Shown here: positions 10,529-21,215 of the stretch, one piece after another | How the letters are laid out: every line of letters begins with the position of its first letter | How positions within the stretch are numbered: position 1 is the first letter of the stretch | Source of the DNA: an uncultured Planctomycetales bacterium | GTDB taxonomy: Bacteria > Omnitrophota > Gorgyraeia > Gygaellales > Profunditerraquicolaceae | Direction: 5' to 3' | Length of the DNA stretch: 64,000 bases | Assembly (NCBI GenBank): GCA_964603585.1 | Contig: CAZRVK010000003.1 | Span: forward strand, 195,693 to 259,692 | The notes under the pieces: generated by a model | What the model was told of the DNA's origin: nothing | The model's database searches: none | Seen by the model: only the letters and a program-made list of their open reading frames with translations | Made by a program: the position numbers and the translations under genes

Positions 10529-11521
10529 ATGATAAAGGTTTACTATGATAAAGACGCTGATCTTAATCTGCTAAAAGGTAAAACCATCGCTATTATTGGA
10601 TACGGCATTCAAGGAAGAGGCCAATCGTTATGCCTAAGGGATTCCGGGTGCAACGTGGTTGTTTCGGAAATGCCAGGGACGGTTAATTATGAACAGGCCA
10701 AAAAAGACGGATTTACACCGGTAAGTGCTTCGGCAGCAGCACAACAAGCTGATATTATCCAAATACTTACTCAAGACCATGTGCAGGCTAAAGTTTATAA
10801 AGAGTCGATTGAGCCGCAGCTTAAAGCCGGAAAGGCGCTTTGTTTTTCCCATGGGTTCAATATTCACTTTAAACAGATCGTTCCTCCCAATGATGTAGAT
10901 GTATTTATGGTGGCACCAAAAGGCCCCGGGGCATTGGTAAGGAAGATGTATGAAGAAGGTAAAGGCGTGCCGTCTTTGGTTGCCGTTTATCATGATGCCA
11001 GCGGCAAGGCTTTGCAGACCGCTTTGGCTTATGCAAAGGGCTTAAAGGCTACTACCGCAGGTGTTATCGAAACTAATTTTAAAGAGGAAACTGAAACCGA
11101 CCTTTTTGGCGAACAGGCGGTGCTTTGCGGGGGGGTTAGTGAATTGATCCTTGCCGGATTCGATACTTTGGTTAGCGCTGGCTATCAGCCGGAGATCGCC
11201 TATTTTGAGGTTTTGCATGAATTAAAATTGATCACCGATCTTATCCAGGAAAGAGGTATCTCCGGAATGCGTCGAGGTGTTTCCAACACTGCCTGTTATG
11301 GCGATATTACCCGCGGCCCGCGCCTGATTACTGAAGAGACACGTAAGGAGATGGAGAAGATCTTGAAAGAGATCCAGTCCGGCCAGTTTGCTAAGGAGTG
11401 GATCCAGGAAAATGAAAAAGGACGCCCTAACTTTAACAGTTTATTAAAGAAGGGTGATGAGCATTTGATCGAGAAGGTGGGGAAGCAGTTGAGAGAGATG
11501 ATGCCTTGGATGAAAAAGTAG
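10529..11521 (+). CDS. ilvC: ketol-acid reductoisomerase
   Basis: 330 aa with the [10 protein letters not shown] Rossmann motif, class I KARI. Confidence 0.92.
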   Translation: MIKVYYDKDADLNLLKGKTIAIIGYGIQGRGQSLCLRDSGCNVVVSEMPGTVNYEQAKKDGFTPVSASAAAQQADIIQILTQDHVQAKVYKESIEPQLKAGKALCFSHGFNIHFKQIVPPNDVDVFMVAPKGPGALVRKMYEEGKGVPSLVAVYHDASGKALQTALAYAKGLKATTAGVIETNFKEETETDLFGEQAVLCGGVSELILAGFDTLVSAGYQPEIAYFEVLHELKLITDLIQERGISGMRRGVSNTACYGDITRGPRLITEETRKEMEKILKEIQSGQFAKEWIQENEKGRPNFNSLLKKGDEHLIEKVGKQLREMMPWMKK

Positions 11522-13047
11522 AGCTAAGAGTTAAGAATAAGATGGATAAACTTATAATTTTCGATACTACATTAAGAGATGGTGAGCAGGCGCCGGGAGC
11601 AAGTTTGAATCCGGCGGAAAAACTTGAGATCGCCCATGCCCTTTCCGATATGGGCGTGGATGTGATAGAGGCGGGTTTTCCTGTTTCCAGTAAAGGCGAC
11701 CTTGATTCCGTCCAGAAGATCTCCCGTGCGGTAAAAGGGCCGGTTATTTGCGCTCTTTCCCGGGCGATCAAAGCAGATATCGATGCTTCGGCGGAAGCGC
11801 TGAAATATGCCAGGCGCGGGCGTATCCATGTTTTCTTGGCGACTTCCAAGATCCATATGCAGTATAAACTTAAAAAGGCCGAAGAGGAGATATTGAAGCT
11901 GGCAGTGGAAAGTGTAAAATATGCCAGAAAGTTCTGTCCGGATGTAGAATTTTCTCCGGAGGATGCTTCGCGCAGTGAGCGGGATTTTATTTTCCGGGTG
12001 CTCGAGAGTGTGATCGATGCCGGGGCAACTACGGTAAATATCCCGGATACGGTTGGTTATACCCAGCCGGAAGAATATGGGCGGTTGATTAGTGCAATCA
12101 GGGAGAGGGTGCCTAATATCCAAAAAGCGGTGATTTCCACTCATTGCCACAATGATCTTGGTTTGGCGGTAGCTAATTCTTTGGAGGCGATCAAAAACGG
12201 GGCGCGCCAGGTGGAGTGTACAGTTAACGGTATCGGCGAACGTGCAGGGAATGCCTCGATGGAAGAGATCGTAATGAATATTATGACCCGGCAGGATGTT
12301 TTTAAGGGGGTACGGAGCAATATCGTTACAAACCATATTTATAAGGTTTCGCGCTTGGTGAGTAAACTCACCGGATTTGCGGTTGCTCCCAATAAGGCGA
12401 TCGTCGGTGGTAACGCGTTCCGTCATGAATCCGGGATCCATCAGGACGGGGTTTTGAAGGAGCGTTGTACTTATGAGATCATCCGGCCCGAGGATGTGGG
12501 GTTTACCGGCACCGGTATTGTTTTGGGTAAACATTCAGGACGGCATGCGTTAAATGACCGGCTTAAGGATTTGGGGTTTGTTTTGAGCCCTGATCAGCTG
12601 GATAAGATCAGCCAGAGGTTTAAGTCTTTGGCGGATAAGAAAAAACATATTTTTGATGATGACCTTGTCTCGATCGTAGAAGATGAGACCAAAGTGATCA
12701 AGGTTGTCTGGAAATTCGAGGGGTTTGAGGTTACCTCCGGCACATATACCAAGCCGGAGGCAAAAGTCAGCTTAAAATATAAAAACAAGGTTTATACTGC
12801 TAAATCTTCCGGTGATGGCCCGGTAGATGCCTGTTTTAAGGCAATTGATAAGATTACCGGGACTAAAGGTGAATTGCAGGATTATCGTATCGAAGCAGTT
12901 ACCGGCGGTAAAGACGCGCTTGGCGAGGTAGGCCTTAAGTTGAAGGCCCGCGGTAAATCCGTCGTTGCCCGCGCCTCCAGTACCGATATCATCGAGTCAT
13001 CTGTCAGGGCGTATATAAACGCACTCAATAAGATCGAGAGTTTATAG
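11506..13047 (+). CDS. leuA: 2-isopropylmalate synthase (alternative start at ATG 11542)
   Basis: LRDGEQ and HCHNDLG motifs plus a C-terminal LeuA dimerisation/regulatory domain. Confidence 0.9.
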   Translation: MDEKVELRVKNKMDKLIIFDTTLRDGEQAPGASLNPAEKLEIAHALSDMGVDVIEAGFPVSSKGDLDSVQKISRAVKGPVICALSRAIKADIDASAEALKYARRGRIHVFLATSKIHMQYKLKKAEEEILKLAVESVKYARKFCPDVEFSPEDASRSERDFIFRVLESVIDAGATTVNIPDTVGYTQPEEYGRLISAIRERVPNIQKAVISTHCHNDLGLAVANSLEAIKNGARQVECTVNGIGERAGNASMEEIVMNIMTRQDVFKGVRSNIVTNHIYKVSRLVSKLTGFAVAPNKAIVGGNAFRHESGIHQDGVLKERCTYEIIRPEDVGFTGTGIVLGKHSGRHALNDRLKDLGFVLSPDQLDKISQRFKSLADKKKHIFDDDLVSIVEDETKVIKVVWKFEGFEVTSGTYTKPEAKVSLKYKNKVYTAKSSGDGPVDACFKAIDKITGTKGELQDYRIEAVTGGKDALGEVGLKLKARGKSVVARASSTDIIESSVRAYINALNKIESL

Positions 13048-13261
13048 GTATTGCCTGTATATAACTCGAACTGGCCATTATATACACGACATCGGGTCCT
13101 GCCTGCTGCGCCACCCCGCCGTGCTCACTAAGATTCCGCGCGGCAGGGGCCTCGGCTCCGCAGTCACCCGCTATTATAGTAAATATCCGAAGCTGTATAG
13201 TTACAGATAAGCTGGTGATTTTAACTCGAATTAGGCTGTGTGAGGTGTATTATTTAATACA

Positions 13262-14194
13262 ATGGATAAATTTTGTCAGCCGAAGATTTATGGTATTGTG
13301 GGGTATCCGGTTAAACACAGTCTCTCCCCATTAATGCAGGCGGCAGCATTCAGAGCATTAAATATCAAGGCGGAATATAGGCTTTTTGAAAAACCCCCTG
13401 AGCAATTAGATGGTTTTTTACTAAAAGAGATCTTCGAACAAAATGTTTCCGGCCTCAATATTACAATCCCCCATAAAGTTAAAGCCCTGCAAATCCTCGA
13501 GAGTAATCCTCAAATCTTGAACCAAGATTTTCCTTATGTTGAGAGGGATAATTTAATAAACACAGAAGTCCTTTATGCCAAGATGGCCGGAGCAGTTAAT
13601 ACAATTCAAGTGTTTTCTAATGGTAAAATCGCCTATTTGAATACCGATTTATTAGGATTTCAAAGATCTTTAGAAAAAGACTTGAGATTTACTAGCTCTG
13701 GCAAGAATGCTTTAGTCCTTGGCTGTGGTGGAGCTGGAAGAGCAGTCATTGTTGGCTTGTTTCTTGATGGAATTGAGACTATTTATATTACCGATGTTAA
13801 TAATGATGTATTATCCAACGCAAAAGATCATTTTTTAAAATTCCCTGATCTGAATAAAAAGCTTGTATTTATCTCAAATGAAAAAATACCAGAAATAATA
13901 GGAGGATGCCATTTGCTTGTGAATGCTTCTCCTATTGGGATGAGGGAAGAGACGGGTTGCCTTATTGACAGTAAATTATTGCGTAAAGACTTATTTGTCT
14001 ATGATGTTGTTTATAATCGCCAAACTAAATTAGTTAGTGATGCGCTAAAAAATGGCTGTAATGCAGTGGGTGGATTAGGAATGCTTTTGTATCAGGGGGT
14101 TTTATCCTTAGAGTATTGGCTTGATCAAAAACTAAGGCCGGAAGTTGTTGAGATTATGCGCAGCGTTTTAAGTGAAGGGATAAAAAAATCATGA
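13262..14194 (+). CDS. aroE: shikimate dehydrogenase
   Basis: N-terminal IYGIVGYPVKHSLSPLMQ and GCGGAGRAV Rossmann motif. Noticeably more AT-rich and uses AGA Arg codons compared with neighbours. Confidence 0.8.
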   Translation: MDKFCQPKIYGIVGYPVKHSLSPLMQAAAFRALNIKAEYRLFEKPPEQLDGFLLKEIFEQNVSGLNITIPHKVKALQILESNPQILNQDFPYVERDNLINTEVLYAKMAGAVNTIQVFSNGKIAYLNTDLLGFQRSLEKDLRFTSSGKNALVLGCGGAGRAVIVGLFLDGIETIYITDVNNDVLSNAKDHFLKFPDLNKKLVFISNEKIPEIIGGCHLLVNASPIGMREETGCLIDSKLLRKDLFVYDVVYNRQTKLVSDALKNGCNAVGGLGMLLYQGVLSLEYWLDQKLRPEVVEIMRSVLSEGIKKS

Positions 14195-14997
14195 CCGAGA
14201 AAATAATTGTATTCATCTTTGGTTCTTTAGTCGGAAGCTTTCTTAATGTTTGTATCCATCGTATGCCTTTGGGTGAGTCTATTGTCAAGCCTCGTTCGCA
14301 TTGCCCTAAATGCAATAAGATGATCCCCTGGGCAGATAATATACCTTTTTTAAGTTATATCATTTTGCGCGGGAAATGCCGTTATTGTAAAACCCCGATC
14401 AGTTTACGTTATTTTGTGGTTGAGCTCGTCACCGCCCTGGCATTCTTGGGGTGTTTTATGCTCTACGGCCTAAGCTTTAACTTTTTCTTTTATCTTGTTT
14501 TTATCTGCGGGTTGATTGTTGCTACCTTTGTTGATATCCGGCACCGGATTATCCCCGATGAGATTTCCGTCGGCGGGATGGTGGCCGGGTTCATTTTAAG
14601 TTCGGCAAGCGGTTTAAAAGCAGGGGATTTTAGTTTTCACCCCATGCTTAATTCTTTTTTAGGGATCATCGTCGGCGGGGGGATCATTTATCTTACCGGG
14701 TTGATTTTTGACGTGATCTATTTTAAATTATTGAAACGTCCTCCGATCCAGGGTGAGACAGAATCCATGGGAGGAGGGGATGTAAAATTAATGGCGATGA
14801 TCGGGGCGTTTTTAGGCTGGAAGTGCGCATTGGTTACATTTTTTATGGCTCCTTTCTTTGGTTCGGTAGTAGGGGTTGTGAACCTGGTAACTAAAAAAGA
14901 CCATACGATCCCTTATGGGCCTTTTCTATCGTTGGCAGCAATACTGTCGATCTTCTGGGCGGATAAGATCATCGGGTTTGTTATCCCCCGGTATTGA
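14191..14997 (+). CDS. pilD: prepilin peptidase (A24 family)
   Basis: Tetra-Cys motif CPKC...CRYC plus polytopic membrane core. Start overlaps the aroE stop by 4 nt (ATGA). Confidence 0.85.
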   Translation: MTEKIIVFIFGSLVGSFLNVCIHRMPLGESIVKPRSHCPKCNKMIPWADNIPFLSYIILRGKCRYCKTPISLRYFVVELVTALAFLGCFMLYGLSFNFFFYLVFICGLIVATFVDIRHRIIPDEISVGGMVAGFILSSASGLKAGDFSFHPMLNSFLGIIVGGGIIYLTGLIFDVIYFKLLKRPPIQGETESMGGGDVKLMAMIGAFLGWKCALVTFFMAPFFGSVVGVVNLVTKKDHTIPYGPFLSLAAILSIFWADKIIGFVIPRY

Positions 14998-15064
14998 TGA
15001 AAGTCATTATTGCCCTTGTTATATTTGTTCCTTTACGGGTAACGGATTAAAAAGCGAGGAGATT

Positions 15065-16894
15065 ATGACAGAAGCAAATCTTAGTGATTATCTGGTTAAC
15101 CCTACGTCCCGCCAGCGCTGGTCTAAAATCGGCATGCAAAAAAGATCCGGGGTTGTGGCGTCTTTATTTTCTCTTTATTCTTCTGACAGCCTGGGGATTG
15201 GTGATTTTTCCGACTTAAAACTTTTGGTGGATTGGGCGCAGTCAAGCGGGAATTCGATCATACAGCTTTTGCCTTTAAATGAAATGGGCGCGGGTTTTTG
15301 TCCTTATGATTCATTGAGTTCTTTTGCCTTGGAGCCTGCCTGTATATCATTCAGCCTGTTGCCAGAAGCAGATAAGAAGATCATTTCCGAGGATATCCTT
15401 GAGGTCAGGCAGTTATTCCCCGCAGGAAAACCGTATTTGGATTTTCGGATCAAAGAGGAGAAAATACACCTTTTATGGGAGGTATTCTCCAAAAGAAGGG
15501 CCTCCGCTGTTGGCGATCTATCGGATTTTAAGAAAGAAAACAGCTATTGGTTGCAGGATTTTGCGCTTTTTAAAGTGATTAAGCAAACGCAGAATGGGCT
15601 GCCTTGGTATGAGTGGGAGGAAAAACTAAAAAATCGGGATGCTTTTACCCTGGAAGGTTTTGCAAAATCCCATGCCGATGAGATCAATTTCCAGATCTGG
15701 ATGCAGTGGCTTATTTTCAAGCAGTTTAAGCAGGTAAAAGAATATGCGCATAAGAAAAAGGTTCTGATTAAAGGTGATTTGCCGATCTTGGTTTCTCGCG
15801 ATAGCGCGGATGTTTGGGCGCATCCGGAGTTTTTTAAACTGGATCTGGCCTCTGGTGCGCCTCCGGATATGTATTGTGCTAAAGGCCAGCGCTGGGGGAT
15901 GCCTACCTATCGATGGGATACTATAGCCTCTGATGATTACCGGTATTTGATCGCCAAACTTAAATACGCGGAACATTTCTATGACCTTTTAAGGATAGAC
16001 CATGTGGTAGGGTTGTTTAGGATCTGGAGTATTCCTTATAATGATCCAGAGGAGAATAAGGGGTTGAACGGTTTCTTTGACCCTAAAGAAGAATCGAAAT
16101 GGGGAGTGCAGGGGAAAAGTATTCTGACGGTGATGCAAAATAATACCAGGATGCTTTTGTGTGCGGAGGATCTCGGGGTGATCCCCCAGGTTTGTATCGA
16201 TACCCTTAAAGAGTTGGGGATTCCCGGCAACGATGTCAGCCGCTGGGTTAAAGACTGGAACAAACGCCATGATTTTCTTCTTCCGGATGAATACCGTTTG
16301 TTTTCTGTTACTATGCTTTCTACTCATGATACGACGAATTTCCCGGCTTGGTGGAAATATGAAGCCGGAACAATTGATGAAGCGCTTTTTATGCGTAAAT
16401 GCCATGACCGTGGGATAGATTATGCGGTTGTAAAAGACAGGCTTTTTGACAAGGCTCTTTCGCATTATGGGCGGCTGCGCTGGTTAAAATGCGTGGATTC
16501 AGCCGATAAACTGGTAGTGATCTTAGCTAAACCAAAAGAGCAGGTTGGGGATTTTATTGATTTGTATCTTAATACGTATCTGGAGAAGGAGAAACTTTGG
16601 AAGATCTTAGCTATGCCCGGGGCTTTAGAAGAGGATGCCAGCACAAAGTTGGTGGCAAAAGCCTTGAAGTTCACACTGGACAGCCATTCGGTATTTTGTA
16701 TCCAATCTATGATCGACTGGCTGTATCTGACAGATATATTTACCGGTGATCCCTACCCTTATCGGATCAATACTCCCGGCACGATCAGCGATAAAAACTG
16801 GAGTTTAACCATTCCTATTTCTTTGGAAGATCTCCTGAAGCATAAGGTTTGTGGCCAGATAAAGAAGATGGTGAAGGATTCGGGGAGAGCATAA
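15065..16894 (+). CDS. malQ: 4-alpha-glucanotransferase (amylomaltase, GH77)
   Basis: ATG 15065 preceded by a GAGGAG RBS. N-terminus MTEANLSDY...RWSKIGMQKRSGV and a GH77-like core. The track ORF from 14915 is an upstream extension overlapping pilD. Confidence 0.85.
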   Translation: MTEANLSDYLVNPTSRQRWSKIGMQKRSGVVASLFSLYSSDSLGIGDFSDLKLLVDWAQSSGNSIIQLLPLNEMGAGFCPYDSLSSFALEPACISFSLLPEADKKIISEDILEVRQLFPAGKPYLDFRIKEEKIHLLWEVFSKRRASAVGDLSDFKKENSYWLQDFALFKVIKQTQNGLPWYEWEEKLKNRDAFTLEGFAKSHADEINFQIWMQWLIFKQFKQVKEYAHKKKVLIKGDLPILVSRDSADVWAHPEFFKLDLASGAPPDMYCAKGQRWGMPTYRWDTIASDDYRYLIAKLKYAEHFYDLLRIDHVVGLFRIWSIPYNDPEENKGLNGFFDPKEESKWGVQGKSILTVMQNNTRMLLCAEDLGVIPQVCIDTLKELGIPGNDVSRWVKDWNKRHDFLLPDEYRLFSVTMLSTHDTTNFPAWWKYEAGTIDEALFMRKCHDRGIDYAVVKDRLFDKALSHYGRLRWLKCVDSADKLVVILAKPKEQVGDFIDLYLNTYLEKEKLWKILAMPGALEEDASTKLVAKALKFTLDSHSVFCIQSMIDWLYLTDIFTGDPYPYRINTPGTISDKNWSLTIPISLEDLLKHKVCGQIKKMVKDSGRA

Positions 16895-16934
16895 GTAAAC
16901 CTGCCGGGCTTTTCGCTCAATGGCCGACTGTCAT

Positions 16935-16974
16935 AGGCACTGTCCCGCAATAATTCTGCGGGACTAATGTGCCT
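16935..16974 (+). terminator. stem-loop downstream of malQ (no clear U-tract)
   Basis: aggcac tgtcccgca ataattc tgcgggac taat gtgcct forms an extended hairpin. Confidence 0.4.
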
Positions 16975-17026
16975 TCAGCAAAACCCACAAAATGTAAGTA
17001 TGATATAGTGTAAATGAGGGGTTAAT

Positions 17027-17746
17027 ATGGGAGTTATTGAAGGGGCGGAGTTTTATATCTCTAAGCGGGTCGGGAAAGCGATTATGGATTATAAGATGCT
17101 TTCCGATGGGGATAAGATATCGGTTGCGGTTTCCGGAGGCAAAGACAGCCTTACTTTGCTTAAAGTCCTGCTTGACCGGCAGAAGTTTGTGCCTATAAAA
17201 TATGAGATCATGGCCTTGCATGTGGATTTTGGCTATCCCCGCTCGTTTGCCCCTAAACTTGAGAAGTATTTTAAGGAGCTGGGGGTAAAATACCATATCG
17301 TTACCTCGGATGTTTTAAAAAAAACCCCGTCTAAGGATATCAATTGTTTCTGGTGCGCCTGGAGCAGGCGAAAGATATTGTTTGAAACCGCCTACCATTA
17401 TGGATTCAATAAGATCGCTTTTGGCCATCATATGGATGATATTATCGAGACGATCCTCTTAAACCTTTTTTTTCAAGGTGAGATCTCGGCTATGGCTGCA
17501 GTTCAGGAACTGTTTAAAGGCAAGATCGTGATCATCCGTCCGCTGGCTTATGTCGAAGAGTATTTAATTAAACGTTTTGCTAAATCCGAGAAATTGCCGG
17601 TCCTTGACTGTAAATGCCCGCATTCTGCGGTTTCTAACCGCGCGAAGATGGGGCGTATTATCGCAGACCTGAAAAAAACCTGCCCGGATGTAAAGAAGAA
17701 TATTTTTCGCAGCCTGAAGCGGATCAAGAAAGATTATTTACTTTAG
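17027..17746 (+). CDS. PP-loop ATPase, tRNA 2-thiocytidine synthase (TtcA)-like
   Basis: SGGKDS PP-loop motif with paired Cys motifs (CFWC, CKCP). 239 aa. Confidence 0.7.
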   Translation: MGVIEGAEFYISKRVGKAIMDYKMLSDGDKISVAVSGGKDSLTLLKVLLDRQKFVPIKYEIMALHVDFGYPRSFAPKLEKYFKELGVKYHIVTSDVLKKTPSKDINCFWCAWSRRKILFETAYHYGFNKIAFGHHMDDIIETILLNLFFQGEISAMAAVQELFKGKIVIIRPLAYVEEYLIKRFAKSEKLPVLDCKCPHSAVSNRAKMGRIIADLKKTCPDVKKNIFRSLKRIKKDYLL

Positions 17747-17805
17747 GACAAGCAGGGAGTATACTTATTGCAATTGGATGTAAGCTTTATGGCGAGGGGC
17801 CAAAG

Positions 17806-18738
17806 ATGATTTGGATCATAATTGGATTGTTTGCAGTTGTATCGTTAATTCTTATTCTTCTGGTGTTGAAGATCTCGACCCAGGTTAATGAGCGCCTTAA
17901 CCAGATGAACGCGTCCCTGCAGGAGGCGCACAAGATCATCGGGCAGAACCTGGGCTCGGCTGCCGATACCTTTGGTAACGTCAAAGAACAGCTGGGAAGG
18001 CTCCAGGAAACCAATAAACAGATATACGAGATCAGTAAGGATATTTCCAGCCTTCAGGAGCTGTTGCGCGCACCGAAATTCCGCGGGCAGATGGGGGAAA
18101 CATTCTTAGAGAATTTATTGTCCCAGGTTTTACCAAAAGAAAATTACCAGGTGCAGTACCGTTTTAAATCTACCGATACGGTAGATGCGGTAATTCGCCT
18201 TGGGGAACGCCTGGTCCCGGTCGATGCTAAATTCAGTCTGGAGAACTTTCAAAAAATGGTCGACTCTCTGGATGAGGGGGTAAAAAGCTCTTTTCGCAAG
18301 AAATTCATACAGGATATTAAGAACAGGGTGGATGAGATCGCCGCTAAATACATATTGCCTGGTGAAAATACCTATGATTTTGCTTTGATGTACATCCCGG
18401 CTGAAAATGTATATTATGAGGTTATCATTAAAGAGGATCTATCTCCGTATTTTGCCGCTAAAAAAGTCGTTCCGGTTTCTCCTAACACCTTTTATGCATA
18501 TTTACAGGTAATTTGCTTAGGGCTTAAAGGTATGAAGGTTGAAGAGAACGCAAAGCAGATCCTTAAGAATCTAAGCATGCTTTCCATCGAGGTTAATAAA
18601 TTTAAAGAGGATTTTGATGTCTTAGGCAACCATTTGGCAAACGCCCGCACTAAATACGATGATTCCTGTAAAAGGCTGGATAGATTTTCCGACCGGCTCA
18701 ATACCAGCCAGGATGCTAAACAGATCGAGTCATCATGA
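17806..18738 (+). CDS. rmuC: DNA recombination protein RmuC
   Basis: N-terminal TM helix, long coiled coil and an FRGQMGETFLENLL motif. Confidence 0.85.
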   Translation: MIWIIIGLFAVVSLILILLVLKISTQVNERLNQMNASLQEAHKIIGQNLGSAADTFGNVKEQLGRLQETNKQIYEISKDISSLQELLRAPKFRGQMGETFLENLLSQVLPKENYQVQYRFKSTDTVDAVIRLGERLVPVDAKFSLENFQKMVDSLDEGVKSSFRKKFIQDIKNRVDEIAAKYILPGENTYDFALMYIPAENVYYEVIIKEDLSPYFAAKKVVPVSPNTFYAYLQVICLGLKGMKVEENAKQILKNLSMLSIEVNKFKEDFDVLGNHLANARTKYDDSCKRLDRFSDRLNTSQDAKQIESS

Positions 18739-19442
18739 TTATTGCGCAATCCAATTTAGTCTCGGCGGTAAGCAAGCGTCCGCATAACATGTCTTTATCT
18801 TATGGAGACACCCGCGATTCTTTAACTAATCGCAAGGATTTTTTGGGCAGTTTAGGCATTGATCATAAAGACCTGGTTTGTGCCAGGCAAGTGCATGGTT
18901 CAGGCATAAAGTATGTTACTGCCCGCGATAAGGGCAAAGGGGCATTAACGGTTCAGGATGCCATTCCCGCAACCGATGGTTTGATTACAGACGTAAAAGG
19001 CCTGCCTCTTGCCATATTTACCGCAGACTGCCTTAGTGTTTTCCTGTATGATAAACTGCACCATGCGGTTGGCCTGGTTCATGCCGGATGGCGCGGTACA
19101 CGCGAGCATATTGTATCCAAGGCTTTAGTGGCGATGCAGGAGAATTTCGGGAGTATGCCAGAGGATTTGTATGCTGGATTCGGCCCATTACTGCGGGAGT
19201 GCTGTTACCAGGTTGGTGATGAATTTTCCGTTTATTTCCCTTTGGGGGTCAATTTAAAGGCAGAACGCCTTTATCTGGACTTGGCGGGGATAAACAAAAA
19301 AGAGCTTTTGGATTTTGGGATTTGCCAAGATAATATCTTGGATGCTTCTTCATGCACTTTTTGTTCTGGCGCGGAATATTTTTCTTGGCGCAAGGAATCT
19401 ACTGATGCCGGACGAATGATTTCAGTGATGATGCTTAAATGA
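18735..19442 (+). CDS. pgeF: YfiH/PgeF family (DUF152) purine nucleoside phosphorylase / peptidoglycan editing factor
   Basis: HAGWRGT motif at the typical position. 235 aa. Confidence 0.85.
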   Translation: MIIAQSNLVSAVSKRPHNMSLSYGDTRDSLTNRKDFLGSLGIDHKDLVCARQVHGSGIKYVTARDKGKGALTVQDAIPATDGLITDVKGLPLAIFTADCLSVFLYDKLHHAVGLVHAGWRGTREHIVSKALVAMQENFGSMPEDLYAGFGPLLRECCYQVGDEFSVYFPLGVNLKAERLYLDLAGINKKELLDFGICQDNILDASSCTFCSGAEYFSWRKESTDAGRMISVMMLK

Positions 19443-19461
19443 CCGGCGCGCCTGGCCGGCC

Positions 19462-19725
19462 TTGCTTGTTAAGAAAAGGAGCAGGATGAAGGAATTCTGC
19501 CTGGAATTCATTTTAAATAGTTATAATGCCACGGAGAAAACCATTCGTGCGTCTTTGAAGGGTTTTGCCTCCGGATTAGATGTGATTAAACAGGAAAACA
19601 TTCATAATGGTGCGCCTTATGATTTCAAGATCAATCTGCACAGCGATGACCCGACGATTATCTTTGATATCTGTTCGCAGTTGGGCAGGATTAAGTCGAT
19701 CAAGATAAATGAATCTGTGGATTAA
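19462..19725 (+). CDS. hypothetical protein (87 aa)
   Basis: ORF only. Possible internal start at MKEF... Confidence 0.4.
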   Translation: MLVKKRSRMKEFCLEFILNSYNATEKTIRASLKGFASGLDVIKQENIHNGAPYDFKINLHSDDPTIIFDICSQLGRIKSIKINESVD

Positions 19726-19778
19726 TGACTATATTCTTAAGGGGCTGCCATAAGGGTGAATAAAATACGGAGGGTAAA

Positions 19779-20258
19779 ATGCCTAAGGCCTTGATTGTTT
19801 ATTATTCGCGTACCGGCAACACCAGGAAAATGGCGGAGGATATTAGGGATACCTTGGTTAAAGAAGGCATGGTTTCGGTTTTAAAGGATGTTTCAGATGT
19901 TGCCTCCAGGGAATTGTTGGATTATGATGCGATAATCGTAGGCTCTCCTGTTTATTATGGAGGCATGGCTGCGCAGATAAAAAGCCTTTTTGATGATTCC
20001 GTAAGTTTTCATGGCAAACTTGATGGCAAGATCGGCGGGGCATTTTGTTCCAGCGCAAATATCGCCGGCGGGAACGAAACAACGATCTTAGATATCTTGA
20101 ACGCGATGCTTATTCATGGTATGATTGTGCAAGGGGATTTTCAGGGTGACCATTATGGCCCGGTATCGATCGGTGCCCCGGATGGGCGCGTAAACAAGGA
20201 ATGCTCGCGTTTTGGCCGGCGTCTCGCCATTTTAATGAAAAAGCTATGTACATCGTGA
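19779..20258 (+). CDS. flavodoxin-like protein
   Basis: ALIVYYSRTGNTRKMAE FMN-binding N-terminal signature. Confidence 0.65.
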   Translation: MPKALIVYYSRTGNTRKMAEDIRDTLVKEGMVSVLKDVSDVASRELLDYDAIIVGSPVYYGGMAAQIKSLFDDSVSFHGKLDGKIGGAFCSSANIAGGNETTILDILNAMLIHGMIVQGDFQGDHYGPVSIGAPDGRVNKECSRFGRRLAILMKKLCTS

Positions 20259-20566
20259 TTTTTATTACCGCCTCTAACAGAAAAGAGGCGGATCGTATCG
20301 GCAGGATGCTTTTAGAAGGGCATCTTGTGGCTTGTATTAATATAATTGATCCGGTTGCATCGATGTTCTGGTGGCAGGGCAGGATCGATAAAGCCCGGGA
20401 AGTATTACTGGTGGCAAAGTCTAAAAGAACAAAGTTTGCGGCGATAGTTAAAGCGGTTAAGGCCATACATAGTTACGAGGTCCCGGAAATCATCGCTATG
20501 CCGGTTATCGTCGGTGAAAAGAGATATCTGGAATGGATAAATGGATCTATCCGTAACTCCGCTTGA
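20246..20566 (+). CDS. cutA: divalent-cation tolerance protein CutA
   Basis: MYIVIFITASNRKEADRI...SYEVPEII is typical CutA1. The track ORF from 20201 is an upstream extension. Confidence 0.8.
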   Translation: MYIVIFITASNRKEADRIGRMLLEGHLVACINIIDPVASMFWWQGRIDKAREVLLVAKSKRTKFAAIVKAVKAIHSYEVPEIIAMPVIVGEKRYLEWINGSIRNSA

Positions 20567-21215
20567 TTATCTTAAGGCATTTTTAGGGGGGGTAGGGGTC
20601 AGCTTTACCCCCTGCGTATATCCGCTTATCCCTGTAATTATCGGTTTTATTGGCGTTCGCTCATCGGGGTCAAAGGTTAAAGGTTTTATCCTTAGCCTGG
20701 TTTATGTTAGCGGCCTTGCCGTAACTTATGCTATATTGGGCATTATCGCTTCTTTGACAGGGACATTTTTTGGCAAGATAAATACGAGCCCGGCTACTTA
20801 CATTACCGTCGGGGCGGTGATTATCATTTTTGGTTTTTCCATGTTAGATATCTTTCGATTCCCGGTTCCGAAAACAGCTAAATTGACGCTTTTTCAAGAA
20901 CACGCGTATCTTTCGACTTTTTTCCTGGGGGTAAGCACAGGGCTTGTGGCCTCCCCATGCCTTACCCCTGTTTTAGGCTCAATATTGGTTTATCTGGCTG
21001 CCACTAAGAATGTATTCTATGGCGCGTCAATGTTATTTGTTTTTGCTTATGGTATGGGATTTGTACTTATATTGGCCGGTACATTTAGCGCGGTATTAAC
21101 CAATCTTCCCAGGTCTGGGAAGTGGCTGGCGTATGTCAAGAAGACCTGTGCCTTATTACTCTTGGGAATGGGTTTGTATTTTGTATTTGCCGGCATAAAG
21201 GAGATTATGATATGA
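20541..21215 (+). CDS. ccdA: cytochrome c-type biogenesis / thiol-disulfide transporter CcdA (DsbD family)
   Basis: Polytopic membrane protein with two conserved Cys (FTPCVYP, SPCLTP). Confidence 0.8.
   Translation: MDLSVTPLDYLKAFLGGVGVSFTPCVYPLIPVIIGFIGVRSSGSKVKGFILSLVYVSGLAVTYAILGIIASLTGTFFGKINTSPATYITVGAVIIIFGFSMLDIFRFPVPKTAKLTLFQEHAYLSTFFLGVSTGLVASPCLTPVLGSILVYLAATKNVFYGASMLFVFAYGMGFVLILAGTFSAVLTNLPRSGKWLAYVKKTCALLLLGMGLYFVFAGIKEIMI

Noticed and set aside
11572-12534. 320-aa minus-strand ORF inside leuA
   Set aside because: It lies entirely antisense to a well-supported leuA with conserved motifs. It has no RBS or recognisable motifs and is a typical antisense artefact.
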